NCBI GenBank assembly: GCA_964637115.1
Contig: CAZWVL010000001.1
Location: forward strand, 32,001 to 96,000
Direction of reading: 5' to 3'
Length of the DNA stretch: 64,000 nucleotides
Origin: an uncultured Methanosarcinales archaeon
GTDB taxonomy: Archaea > Nanobdellota > Nanobdellia > Woesearchaeales > ARS49
The notes under the pieces were generated by a model. It saw only the letters and a program-made list of their open reading frames with translations, had not been told where the DNA came from and searched no databases. Shown here one piece after another: positions 18,241-27,339 of the stretch (its first letter is position 1; each line of letters opens with the position of its first letter). The translations under genes were made by a program, and so were the position numbers.

Positions 18241-18978
18241 TTGAATAAGTCAGACTATGATATGGAAGACGAAATGCCATTGGCAGTCATTGCTGATTCG
18301 CACAAAGAACTCTGGAATATGTATCGTAATGTCAGCGCACTTGCTGAGATAGACTGTCATACCACAGATTCGCGCGAAGATGTTCTTAACAAATTGCCAG
18401 ATGCGAAACTCCTAATCGTGAACAAGCAAAACTTGTCTTTTGCAGGAATGGCGCGCGGTGCAGGATATAAAGGAAGAGTTGTATTCGCAACCGGCGGAAA
18501 TGTGCAATATGGAGATTACAAAGAACTTGGCGTGGATGAAGTCTTGATGAAACCATTTAAAACTTCTGAATTACAAGGAATAATCACGAAACACACTTCT
18601 CCACAGAAACGCATACTGATAGTTGAAGATGACGGAACAACTCGCTTAGCATTGTCAACAAAAATCCGCAAAATGGGCTACATTGCTTCGACAGCATTAA
18701 ATGCTGAAGAAGGAATGGAGAAATTTGTCTCAGTGCACGCAGTTATAACAGATATAAGTCAGCCTAACAGCCAAGGAGGTTACTGGCTTCTCGACAAAAT
18801 AAGAGAAAAGTATGATGGAAAGCAACTTCCAGTCGTACTCATGAGCTCAATGGACATTGATATTGGAAAAGCTCAAGGAGCCAATGCATTCATGTCTAAG
18901 CCATTCGAAATGAGCATATTAGAAAAGATTGTGGACGCCGTAGTCCCGCAACATTTAAAACCAAACAGAGAGCAATAA
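18241..18978 (+). CDS. tandem response-regulator receiver (pseudo-REC + REC) protein
   Basis: C-terminal domain ILIVEDD...VITD...LMSS...SKPF; N-terminal domain keeps MKPF but has Asn in place of the acceptor Asp; exact start uncertain. Confidence 0.8.
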   Translation: MNKSDYDMEDEMPLAVIADSHKELWNMYRNVSALAEIDCHTTDSREDVLNKLPDAKLLIVNKQNLSFAGMARGAGYKGRVVFATGGNVQYGDYKELGVDEVLMKPFKTSELQGIITKHTSPQKRILIVEDDGTTRLALSTKIRKMGYIASTALNAEEGMEKFVSVHAVITDISQPNSQGGYWLLDKIREKYDGKQLPVVLMSSMDIDIGKAQGANAFMSKPFEMSILEKIVDAVVPQHLKPNREQ

Positions 18979-18983
18979 TTCTC

Positions 18984-21389
18984 GTGACAAACTTTTATCC
19001 GACGGATATAACATATACGGTAAAGAACGGCAAGCCAATAATACAGCTCTACGGCCGCACGACAGAAGGAAAACAGATTTGCGTACTGGATGAGGACTTT
19101 GAGCCATACTTCTACGTTGTTGGCAACGTGGATAAAGAAGTACTAAAGGCACTAAAACAAGATGACTATCAAGTTGTCAAAATAGAAAAAGTAAAGAAAA
19201 ACTTGAATGAACATCCAATAGACGCTTTCAAAGTTTTTGTCAACATACCAAAAGGAGTTCCAGCGCTAAAAGATTTGGCAAAAGAACTGCCTGGCGTGGA
19301 CGGAGTCTACGAATACGACATTCTTTACACGCGCAGATATCTCATTGACAAAGGAATTATTCCATTAACATTGACAACAGTTGAAGGCAAAGAAGTTCCG
19401 TGGCAGTCAAGAGTACCGTGCATCAAAGCAGAGAAGATAATGCCAGCAAGCGATGAGATACTTAATCCGAAACTGCTTGCTGTTGACATTGAGACTTATA
19501 ATCCGGACAATAAAATGAACCCGAAAAAGAATCCCATTCTAATGATAGGTTTGTACGGCAAAGACTTCTCAAGAGTTGTAACGTGGAAAAAGTTTGAGAC
19601 GCAAGAAAAGTATATAGAATTCGTGCCGACAGAAGCAGACATGCTGCAAAGATTTGTGGAACTTGTGAATGATTTCGGTCCGGACATGATTGTAGGCTAC
19701 TTCACAGACGGATTTGACTTTCCCTACATTGATGAGCGCGCTAAGGTGAACAAAGTCAAGATAGACATTGGCCTTGATTACAGTAACCTTGAAATTTTCG
19801 GCAAACAACAGTCAGAGGCAAAAATCGCCGGATTAGCGCACATAGACATCTTCAAATTCATCAGAAAAGTCATTGCTCGCTCGCTAAAAACAGACAGTTA
19901 TTCACTTGATGCAGTTGCCGGAGAACTGCTTGGAGAAAGAAAACACAAAGTAGACATGGAAACGTTCTTCAAAGCATGGGACAAGGGCGGAAAAGAACTT
20001 GAAGAGTATTGCAGGTATAACCTGCAGGATTGTATTTTAACGTATAAGCTTACAGAAAAAGTATTGCCTAACTTAATCGAGTTTGTAAGAATAATCAGGC
20101 TGCCGCCATACGACATAAACAGAATGACATTCTCAACATTCGTAGAATGGTACTTGATGAACCAAGCAAGCGCCAGAAATGAAATATTGTTGAACAGGCC
20201 GAACAAAAGAGACGAACTTGCCAGAATGGGCGACAGAATCAAAGGAGCGTTTGTTTACGAGCCAAAACCAGGATTCTACCAGAACATAGCAGTATTTGAC
20301 TTCAGAAGCCTGTACCCGAGCATAATTGCTTCGCACAATATCAGCAAAGGAACACTGAACTGTGATTGCTGCAAAGATACACCAAATGTAGAAACAGAAA
20401 GAGGAACATTCTGGTATTGTGCAAAAAGAAAAGGACTCTTTAGCACGGTAATTTCAGATTTAATTGTACGCAGAGGAGAAATTAAAAAACAATTGAAAAC
20501 ATCAAAAGACCCGCTGCTTGCTGCACGTTCGGAAGCGCTGAAAGTGCTTGCAAATAGCTTTTACGGCTATATGGGATTTGCGCCGGCAAGATACTATAGT
20601 ATAGAATGCGCTGAGAGCACAACAGCTTGGGCAAGACACTATATTCATAAGGCAATTGAATCTGCACGGCAAGCCGGATTTACGGTCCTTTATTCAGATA
20701 CTGACTCAGTGTTCCTGCTTTTGGATAAGAAAACGAAAGAGGATGCTCTGGCATTAATGGAAAAAATTAACAAAGACCTTCCCGGATTAATGGAGCTTGA
20801 CTATGAAGGACATTATCCAGCAGGCATCTTTGTTTCGCTGAAAGCAGGAGAATCAGGGGCGAAGAAAAAATATGCTTTGATTGATGACAAAAACAACATG
20901 AAAATCAAAGGTTTTGAAAGCGTCAGAAGAAACTGGAGTGCAATTGCGAAAGACGTCCAAAGAAAAGTGCTTGAAATAATCCTGAAAGAGCACGACGCAA
21001 AGAAAGCAAAAGATTATGTGAAAACGGTTGTTGACGAACTGAGAAAAAACGCAATTCCGCTGGACAAAGTAGTTGTTCACACGGCATTATCAAAAGGAAC
21101 AAGCTCTTATGCAGCTATCGGACCTCACGTTGCAGCCGCGCAAAGAATGGAAGCGAAAGGGCAATCGGTAGGAGCAGGAAGCGTAATTCATTACGTAGTC
21201 ATCAAAGGCAAAGGCAAGATAAGAGATAAGGTCAAGCTGCCGGAAGAAACAACGCAGGAAGAGTATGACGGAGAATATTACATACAGAATCAAGTCCTGC
21301 CAGGCGTAGAAAGAATATTTGCAGTTTTAGGAATAAAAGTGGATGACTTGGTAAGTTCCACAAAGCAGAGCTCGCTGGCGGGATTTTAG
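18984..21389 (+). CDS. polB: archaeal family B DNA polymerase
   Basis: Exo I DIETY; DFRSLYPSII; KVLANSFYGY; YSDTDS; N-terminal PYFY and EYDILYTRRYLID; no intein. Confidence 0.97.
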   Translation: MTNFYPTDITYTVKNGKPIIQLYGRTTEGKQICVLDEDFEPYFYVVGNVDKEVLKALKQDDYQVVKIEKVKKNLNEHPIDAFKVFVNIPKGVPALKDLAKELPGVDGVYEYDILYTRRYLIDKGIIPLTLTTVEGKEVPWQSRVPCIKAEKIMPASDEILNPKLLAVDIETYNPDNKMNPKKNPILMIGLYGKDFSRVVTWKKFETQEKYIEFVPTEADMLQRFVELVNDFGPDMIVGYFTDGFDFPYIDERAKVNKVKIDIGLDYSNLEIFGKQQSEAKIAGLAHIDIFKFIRKVIARSLKTDSYSLDAVAGELLGERKHKVDMETFFKAWDKGGKELEEYCRYNLQDCILTYKLTEKVLPNLIEFVRIIRLPPYDINRMTFSTFVEWYLMNQASARNEILLNRPNKRDELARMGDRIKGAFVYEPKPGFYQNIAVFDFRSLYPSIIASHNISKGTLNCDCCKDTPNVETERGTFWYCAKRKGLFSTVISDLIVRRGEIKKQLKTSKDPLLAARSEALKVLANSFYGYMGFAPARYYSIECAESTTAWARHYIHKAIESARQAGFTVLYSDTDSVFLLLDKKTKEDALALMEKINKDLPGLMELDYEGHYPAGIFVSLKAGESGAKKKYALIDDKNNMKIKGFESVRRNWSAIAKDVQRKVLEIILKEHDAKKAKDYVKTVVDELRKNAIPLDKVVVHTALSKGTSSYAAIGPHVAAAQRMEAKGQSVGAGSVIHYVVIKGKGKIRDKVKLPEETTQEEYDGEYYIQNQVLPGVERIFAVLGIKVDDLVSSTKQSSLAGF

Positions 21390-21430
21390 GCAAAACTTTA
21401 AAACACCTCCTTCTATTTATCAATAAAAAA

Positions 21431-22657
21431 ATGGTGAGCAACGAGTTAAAGAAAACAGCGCAGCAGCTGCTAGACCTGACGGTGCGGTTATCTGACGCTA
21501 TAGAAGCAAATGATTATTCAAAAATTCCTTCAATGCTGAGCGAATTTGATGCGCGGCTAAACGCGTTTAACTATTTCGCAAGAAAAGAATCGCCAGCCTT
21601 TCTTGAAGACAGGCGTTCAGTGCTTTCAAATGAAGAAAACAAATTGCGTCAAAACCCTTTCAGGTCTCCAAATGATTTCAAAGGAGCATCCATTATAGCG
21701 AGCAACATTCTGCGCATCCTGCAAAAAACACTTGACTTCTTTGAAGGCAAGCTCCCTGACCCGGCCAATCGATACATCATATATGCGCTCGCTCTTGTTT
21801 TCAGCATCTATCGTTACCGCATTCAGGCAAATGAGGAGCGCGTAGCGGCAATATTGGTAACCAAAGAACACGAAGAATTGTTCAGCGGCAACAGCGAACG
21901 CATCCTGCCAGAACACGGCAGGCACGCGGAAGATAATGCATTAATACAGGCAAGCAAAAAGAAATATGACGTTGCCGGGTCAACGATATTCATTTCCAGC
22001 TTGCCATGCTACAGAAAAAAAGTCCTTCAATTGCAGACTGAGAATAACAATGTTCTGAGCTGGAAAGTGGTTCGGCATACTGACGCACAATATATGGGGC
22101 AGACAATAACATGGAAAAGAGCGCAGCTACGAATGCCAAAGGCACAATACTGGACTGTAGATTTCATGCCAGGAGTACCTGTTTATGAAGTTTATTTGGA
22201 TCCTGAAAGGACAAAATCAGAAGTGTATTACGTATATGACGGCGTATTCCTGCCAAAAGAGCTTAGAAATTACTTTTCTGACGCATCAGGCAGATACGTC
22301 GAGATAGAAGAAGGATGCGCTGTCATGCTTGCAATGATGGGAATCAAGCAAGTATTCTATTTATATTATGAAGAGCTATACGCAAAAGCTATTAATTTCC
22401 TCAAAGAGAGAAATGTGCTTATTGACTTGATAGAGCACGTTTTAACCATTCAAAAGTATGAAAGCAAACAGCTAAGAACTGAAAAAATTGATCTTTTCCA
22501 CAACATAATGTCAAAAGCAAAACATCCAGAAGCAAAAAATCTGGATGAGATACGCCAATATGTCTTTCAGCTCTGTGAAGAGCTCGAAATCTCAGATCCA
22601 TACGAATTCATGAGGAAAAAATTCGGAATTGATTTCCCAGAACTTCTCAAGGCCTAG
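21431..22657 (+). CDS. zinc-dependent nucleotide/nucleic-acid deaminase-like protein with split Cys motif
   Basis: RVAAILV, H165-A-E167, GSTIFISSLPC193, then C296-AVMLAMMGIKQVFY: CDA/dCMP-deaminase core order with 102 residues between the two Cys. Confidence 0.7.
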   Translation: MVSNELKKTAQQLLDLTVRLSDAIEANDYSKIPSMLSEFDARLNAFNYFARKESPAFLEDRRSVLSNEENKLRQNPFRSPNDFKGASIIASNILRILQKTLDFFEGKLPDPANRYIIYALALVFSIYRYRIQANEERVAAILVTKEHEELFSGNSERILPEHGRHAEDNALIQASKKKYDVAGSTIFISSLPCYRKKVLQLQTENNNVLSWKVVRHTDAQYMGQTITWKRAQLRMPKAQYWTVDFMPGVPVYEVYLDPERTKSEVYYVYDGVFLPKELRNYFSDASGRYVEIEEGCAVMLAMMGIKQVFYLYYEELYAKAINFLKERNVLIDLIEHVLTIQKYESKQLRTEKIDLFHNIMSKAKHPEAKNLDEIRQYVFQLCEELEISDPYEFMRKKFGIDFPELLKA

Positions 22658-23405
22658 TTTGTTTGCCGAGATACCCGTTATAGCAAAGGTTTGCTTTTAG
22701 AAGTTGCTTGAATGTCTTGGATGATGGACAGAGCGTATCATTCTCTCTTTCAAACTTCTCGTGCTCAACAGTTGTAATCTGGAACTCGCAACGATGAATA
22801 TGACGGATATCGCCAGGCTTTGGCAATTCATCAGCAAGCGGACTGCGATAGATATCAGAACCTTTGTACATATATCGAACAGAAAATGAGCCTCCAAACG
22901 GATCACCAAATGAGAATCCAATGAACGTCTCGAGTTCAGGGTGTTTCAGTGCACCATCGTATACTTTTCCCTTGTATTCGACAAGCTGAGAAAAACTGTT
23001 TCCATTTTTATGAACTGCATCCTCTACAACATTCGCTTCATTTGCATCAAAATTTGGCGGAATGAGCAAGATACCCTCTTTACCGGCCTGACGGGCAAGA
23101 TCGCATAATGCCGCATTCACATTAGGAGCTTTTGTCCAAATATCTGCCGCTCCATTTATTGGTTTTCCATTGGCATATGAAAACTTCACAACAACGGGCT
23201 TCTTTTTAGTCGTTAAAGCATACACAACATTAGGACTTCTTTCCATAAATCCAGCATAAAAAAGAGTGTCAACAGCATCCTTCAAAGTCTTTGGGATAAT
23301 CTCACCATTCACATCGACAGACCCTTCAGCAACCTGGAAAACAGTATCTTCAACTACAATGCGCGCGATATTTCCTTTATTCCTGAATGCTTCTATCAAC
23401 TTCAT
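22647..23405 (-). CDS. hypothetical protein
   Basis: 252-aa ORF, ATGA-coupled to RNase Z-like gene. Confidence 0.65.
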   Translation of the reverse strand: MKLIEAFRNKGNIARIVVEDTVFQVAEGSVDVNGEIIPKTLKDAVDTLFYAGFMERSPNVVYALTTKKKPVVVKFSYANGKPINGAADIWTKAPNVNAALCDLARQAGKEGILLIPPNFDANEANVVEDAVHKNGNSFSQLVEYKGKVYDGALKHPELETFIGFSFGDPFGGSFSVRYMYKGSDIYRSPLADELPKPGDIRHIHRCEFQITTVEHEKFERENDTLCPSSKTFKQLLKANLCYNGYLGKQTRP

Positions 23406-24358
23406 CGTGTTTTCTCAAAGATTTGTGCTGCTTCAGCAATCAACTGTTCAGGATCATAACGCTGGCTGAAATGCATCAGCACAAGCTCTCCCACATTGCA
23501 AGCTTTTGCAATTTCAGCTGCCTGCGAAGCAGTAAGGTGATGATTCTTCCTTGCAATGTCAACATCAACAGAAGAATGATTGGATTCACAATATAAAATA
23601 TCTGCGCCTTTTGCAATCTGTGCAACCTTTTCTATGGTTCCATCCTCGAACACAAAATCAGTAACGTAAACAACACGCTTGCCCTTGCGTGTTTCCAGCA
23701 GAGCGGAAAGCTCATCAAATTGATACTGCTTTCCACCAATGTGCATAGGATGTTTTGTTTCTTTTTCAGCCTGGGTTTTCAAAGCCTCGAGCCAGGGACC
23801 AGGACGTAAATTCGAATCAGCCAGCGCTTCCTTGGAAATTCCAACGCGATCATATTCCTCGAACACATATCCGAGTGAAGGAATTCCGTGATTCAGTTCA
23901 ACAAAACGAATGCGATAATCAGGAGTTTGGTGAATGACGTCTCCTGTTAATTGTGTTTTTCTGGTAATTTTTCCTTCAAGATCATCAGAAATGGAAATAG
24001 AAGTTTTAGTCATTTCACCCTTGTCAAGTTCGCAAATGTCAACAAGAACGGCGCCACGACCTGCAAGATTCCACGTGTATGCCTTGATTTTTGAACGCAC
24101 GGAATTGGTAATTCCGTTCGGACCAAAAACAGTCACGCGTTTGTTTTCTGCATGCTGCTTTAAGCCAACAATCTCGTCAAAGCCGACGAAATGGTCCATA
24201 TGGGTGTGAGAAATGTAAACATTTGTCAAAGGCTTGACAAGGTCCATTCCATAAGATGCCCGGCCGCAGTCAAACAGGTGTGTTTCAGAGCCAAATTTCA
24301 CGTACACGCCCGGACTTCGCTTCTCCCCATTCAAAAAACCAGTTTCCATTTCATGCAC
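23402..24358 (-). CDS. rnz: RNase Z-like MBL-fold hydrolase
   Basis: LFDCG, SHTHMDH, LNHGIPSLGY, PGPW exosite, YVTD, HHLTASQAAEIA, LMHFSQRY. Confidence 0.8.
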   Translation of the reverse strand: MHEMETGFLNGEKRSPGVYVKFGSETHLFDCGRASYGMDLVKPLTNVYISHTHMDHFVGFDEIVGLKQHAENKRVTVFGPNGITNSVRSKIKAYTWNLAGRGAVLVDICELDKGEMTKTSISISDDLEGKITRKTQLTGDVIHQTPDYRIRFVELNHGIPSLGYVFEEYDRVGISKEALADSNLRPGPWLEALKTQAEKETKHPMHIGGKQYQFDELSALLETRKGKRVVYVTDFVFEDGTIEKVAQIAKGADILYCESNHSSVDVDIARKNHHLTASQAAEIAKACNVGELVLMHFSQRYDPEQLIAEAAQIFEKTR

Positions 24359-24433
24359 TCGACTAACACGGGTGAATATACCCTTATTTTTAAACCTTTG
24401 TATTGTTTAATTACTTTATAGTGGTGAATATGG

Positions 24434-24447
24434 GAAAGATTTAAATA
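24434..24447 (+). promoter_or_regulatory. BRE-TATA promoter
   Basis: gaaagatttaaata, 22 nt before ATG 24470. Confidence 0.65.
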
Positions 24448-24469
24448 TGTCCCTTTATTAATTCTATTT

Positions 24470-25984
24470 ATGAAAAAGACACTTGCAGCGCTCTTGATGG
24501 CAGGAGCATCGCTTATAGGATGCGATAAACCAAAGCAAAAATTGGTAATTCAGCCTATTGAGCAGACTGTCAAAGTGCAGAGGCCTGTAAGCGATAATCA
24601 AGCGGAATCTGAAGACGAAGCACAATTGAGAAAACTCATAGAAAAAGAGATGCGAAAACAGGATGCCTGGGCAGCAGATGTTGTGCGTCAAAACTATACC
24701 ACTGCAGAAGGCACTGAATGGGTCAGCTTAGTTCGTGAAAAAAAGATGAAAAGTGAAAAACTTATCGGCCACATTGCCGCATACAGCGAAAAAGACGACC
24801 AAATCATACTGCCAATGAGCGAAAAGCCAGAGGAAGACGCGCAGCTTATCGATGCTGTAGACCACGAGCTCTGGCACGTAATATTTGATCACGAAGGAAA
24901 CAAGGGAGTTTTCTTTGGCAAAAACTACAAAGGGCCAACTGAAGCAGACGTTACAGCACACTGCAATGCAAAAATGATGCAGCCAGAATACGCAAAACTC
25001 AAACAAGATGTCAACATCAGCCTTCGACTGGATGCAATTAACAGAAAAATCAACGACCTTGCCTCTTTCTACTCAAACCTTCTGATCCAATCATTAGAGA
25101 AGCAAACCAAGATTTCAAAAGAGCTTGAAGAAATGCCAGAAAAAACTCTTGGATTTATATCAGAAGCAGACAGGACAAAAGCAAATGAAACACTCCAACG
25201 CGTCCAGGAATCATACACAAAGCTTCGAGAAGAGTTTATGAGCCTAAAAAAATGGTATGAGCAAAGTCTTGTCCCGCTTGGCAATTCAGCACTTACACCT
25301 GAACGCATTTCATCCATTGAAAAAGAAGTTGAGCAGAAAGCAAGTTTGCTTCAGCCGCACGCAAGCTTAGGAAAGGATACTGAAAAAGCAAGCGATTTGA
25401 TCTACACTATTGTTTTTGCGGCACAAGACAAAGCACACGAAGCACGTGTTGCAGAACTAAAAAAGCAAATCGAAGCCAATGAATTTGGCAGGCGTGAAAC
25501 ATATGAAAAACGCCTCAACTCTGAAAATAAGTTTCACGAATTGAGCAAAGAAATGCGTTCTCTACGCAAAATGAACCTTTCAGACTTAAATATGTCACGA
25601 CTTGATTCCGTTATGGGCGAGCTGAAAGGCAGCTTAAATGAGCAAAGGCTGAATGATATTTTCAGCCCAAACGAAACAATGGCGCGCATTGTAGATGCAA
25701 TGTACAGCCTTGACTTCGGCCAGCCAACACTACAGAAATTCCAGCCGTCTGAAAATGATTTAGAATTCCTTTTACGCTTCACCTACAGAGGACAGCCGCT
25801 ATTCCGAAAAGGTGTCGAAAAGTACAGGCTTGGAATTCAAATGACAAAGGACGGCATTACGCCTGAAAAAATCAAGGAACAGCTTGAGTATGCCACGGAA
25901 TTCTCGTACAAAGGAAAAACGTACAGCTGGCCGGAAACAGACTTCAGAATAAAGGGCTCCATACCACATGATGAAAAAGATTAA
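24470..25984 (+). CDS. putative lipoprotein with HExxH zincin-like motif
   Basis: Lipobox SLIGC; DHELWH; long helical region; later NETMARI. Confidence 0.7.
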   Translation: MKKTLAALLMAGASLIGCDKPKQKLVIQPIEQTVKVQRPVSDNQAESEDEAQLRKLIEKEMRKQDAWAADVVRQNYTTAEGTEWVSLVREKKMKSEKLIGHIAAYSEKDDQIILPMSEKPEEDAQLIDAVDHELWHVIFDHEGNKGVFFGKNYKGPTEADVTAHCNAKMMQPEYAKLKQDVNISLRLDAINRKINDLASFYSNLLIQSLEKQTKISKELEEMPEKTLGFISEADRTKANETLQRVQESYTKLREEFMSLKKWYEQSLVPLGNSALTPERISSIEKEVEQKASLLQPHASLGKDTEKASDLIYTIVFAAQDKAHEARVAELKKQIEANEFGRRETYEKRLNSENKFHELSKEMRSLRKMNLSDLNMSRLDSVMGELKGSLNEQRLNDIFSPNETMARIVDAMYSLDFGQPTLQKFQPSENDLEFLLRFTYRGQPLFRKGVEKYRLGIQMTKDGITPEKIKEQLEYATEFSYKGKTYSWPETDFRIKGSIPHDEKD

Positions 25985-26079
25985 GTTTTATATAAATTCT
26001 ACAGGTTAAATATAAAACGCTGAAAGACAATCATATAGAAACTACATCTTAAAAGAGGCAAGTACTGGAGGGAGTGACA

Positions 26080-26226
26080 ATGGAGCCAATAAAATACTTT
26101 GATGCAGTAGATATGGTAGAGCCGCACTGCAAGGGATGCCAGCATATCATGCATTACGACAAAGACGCTACTTTTGACAACGAAAAACAAGTATTGAACT
26201 GCAGATATTGCGGAACTGTTCTATAG
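26080..26226 (+). CDS. 48-aa zinc-finger protein (not in ORF track)
   Basis: MEPIKYFDAVDMVEPHCKGCQHIMHYDKDATFDNEKQVLNCRYCGTVL; strong SD ggagggagtg. Confidence 0.75.
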   Translation: MEPIKYFDAVDMVEPHCKGCQHIMHYDKDATFDNEKQVLNCRYCGTVL

Positions 26227-26364
26227 AGGACTTTGAATAACTATATTTTTGTCAAAGTCCTCTTAGAGAATTTTGACTATTTTGATAGATATTCAAAATT
26301 CTCTTTAGAAAGCATCGAAAATCCTAGATTTTCGGGGCTCTCGAAATCCCTCAAGGGATTTCGA
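26225..26364. repeat. four tandem palindromes (two homologous pairs)
   Basis: agaggactttga/tcaaagtcctct (26225-63); agagaattttga/tcaaaattctct (26265-304); cgaaaatc/gattttcg (26316-34); tcgaaatccc/gggatttcga (26341-64). Confidence 0.8.
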
Positions 26365-26376
26365 AAGCTTTAAAAA
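26363..26376 (+). promoter_or_regulatory. BRE-TATA promoter of rpl15e
   Basis: gaaagctttaaaaa, 23 nt before ATG 26400. Confidence 0.6.
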
Positions 26377-26399
26377 GCCCCCACTATAACCGCAAACAC

Positions 26400-26963
26400 A
26401 TGGGTGTCTACAAATATTTAGTGCAGAACTGGCGGGAAAACCAGATGACGGCAGATTTGAAGCGTGCCCGCTTAATAGCATGGCGACGCGAGCCTGCCAC
26501 TAACAGAATAGAACATCCTACAAGACTTGACAGGGCACGCGCACTTGGTTATAGGGCAAAACTTGGCGTGTTTATTGCAAGACAAAGAGTCAGCAGAGGC
26601 TCGCACCGAAGACCAGACTGGAGCGGTGGAAGACATTCACACAACATGGGCGCGCGCATGAACTTGCGCAAGAATTACCAATTAATAGCAGAAGAAAGAG
26701 CTGCTCAAACATATCCAAACTGTGAAGTTCTCAACTCATATTATGTAACAGAAGACGGCAAACATTATTGGTTTGAAGTAATCTTTGCAGACAGCGCACA
26801 CCCAAGCGTGCTGGCTGACAAAAGAATGGTTGCAGTCAGGCAGCCTGGAAGAGTATTCCGTGGATTAACCAGCGCCGGCAGAAGAACTCGCGGTCTGCTG
26901 AACAAAGGCATGGGTTCAGAAAAAGCCAGGCCGTCACGCAGAGCACATTCACGAAGACTATAA
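26400..26963 (+). CDS. rpl15e: 50S ribosomal protein L15e
   Basis: MGVYKY, WRREP..RIEHPTRLDRARALGYRAK, IAEERAA..YPNCEVLNSYYV, GRVFRGLTSAG. Confidence 0.97.
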   Translation: MGVYKYLVQNWRENQMTADLKRARLIAWRREPATNRIEHPTRLDRARALGYRAKLGVFIARQRVSRGSHRRPDWSGGRHSHNMGARMNLRKNYQLIAEERAAQTYPNCEVLNSYYVTEDGKHYWFEVIFADSAHPSVLADKRMVAVRQPGRVFRGLTSAGRRTRGLLNKGMGSEKARPSRRAHSRRL

Positions 26964-26970
26964 TTTTGGA

Positions 26971-27030
26971 AAACTTTCGGGGCAGTGCTGAGCAAGTTCA
27001 GCGTGTCTCAAAATTCAGTGGAATTTCGAG
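26971..27030. repeat. second copy of the palindromic element family
   Basis: tttcggggc (26975-83, also 26330-38) followed by ctcaaaattc-agtg-gaatttcgag (27007-30). Confidence 0.55.
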
Positions 27031-27234
27031 GTGGTTGGTTTGCCCAAAAAGAAGGAAGAAAAACACGAAGAATTAGATAAAGAAGAAGAAACAAACGACG
27101 ACTACGTCAAGGACGACGAGAAAGACCTTGCAGTCAAGGACGACGACGTCGAGTATGAAGAAGATTTAGAAGCTTCTGAAGAAAAAACCGAAGAAACCGA
27201 AGAGCCAGCTGCAGAAGACTGGAGCGACGAGTGA
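27031..27234 (+). CDS. small highly acidic protein
   Basis: D/E-rich 64-67 aa ORF; SD gaggtgg suggests TTG start at 27040. Confidence 0.6.
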   Translation: MVGLPKKKEEKHEELDKEEETNDDYVKDDEKDLAVKDDDVEYEEDLEASEEKTEETEEPAAEDWSDE

Positions 27235-27339
27235 ATTTTCATCTTTTTTGTTCTATGTTAACTTTCTTAAAGTAGTTACTTAAATTAATAAATAGACTAA
27301 TGTGCAATTATTCTATATTTACGCGAGGCGGATTAGAAG

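Noticed and set aside
22007-22318. Mini-intein inside the deaminase motif
   Set aside because: It begins with Cys and precedes a Cys, but ends in EEG rather than (H)N/Q and lacks recognisable intein blocks B, F and G.
26330-26350. tRNA T-arm-like fragment tttcggggctctcgaaatccc
   Set aside because: No acceptor, D or anticodon arms; better explained as part of the palindromic repeat.
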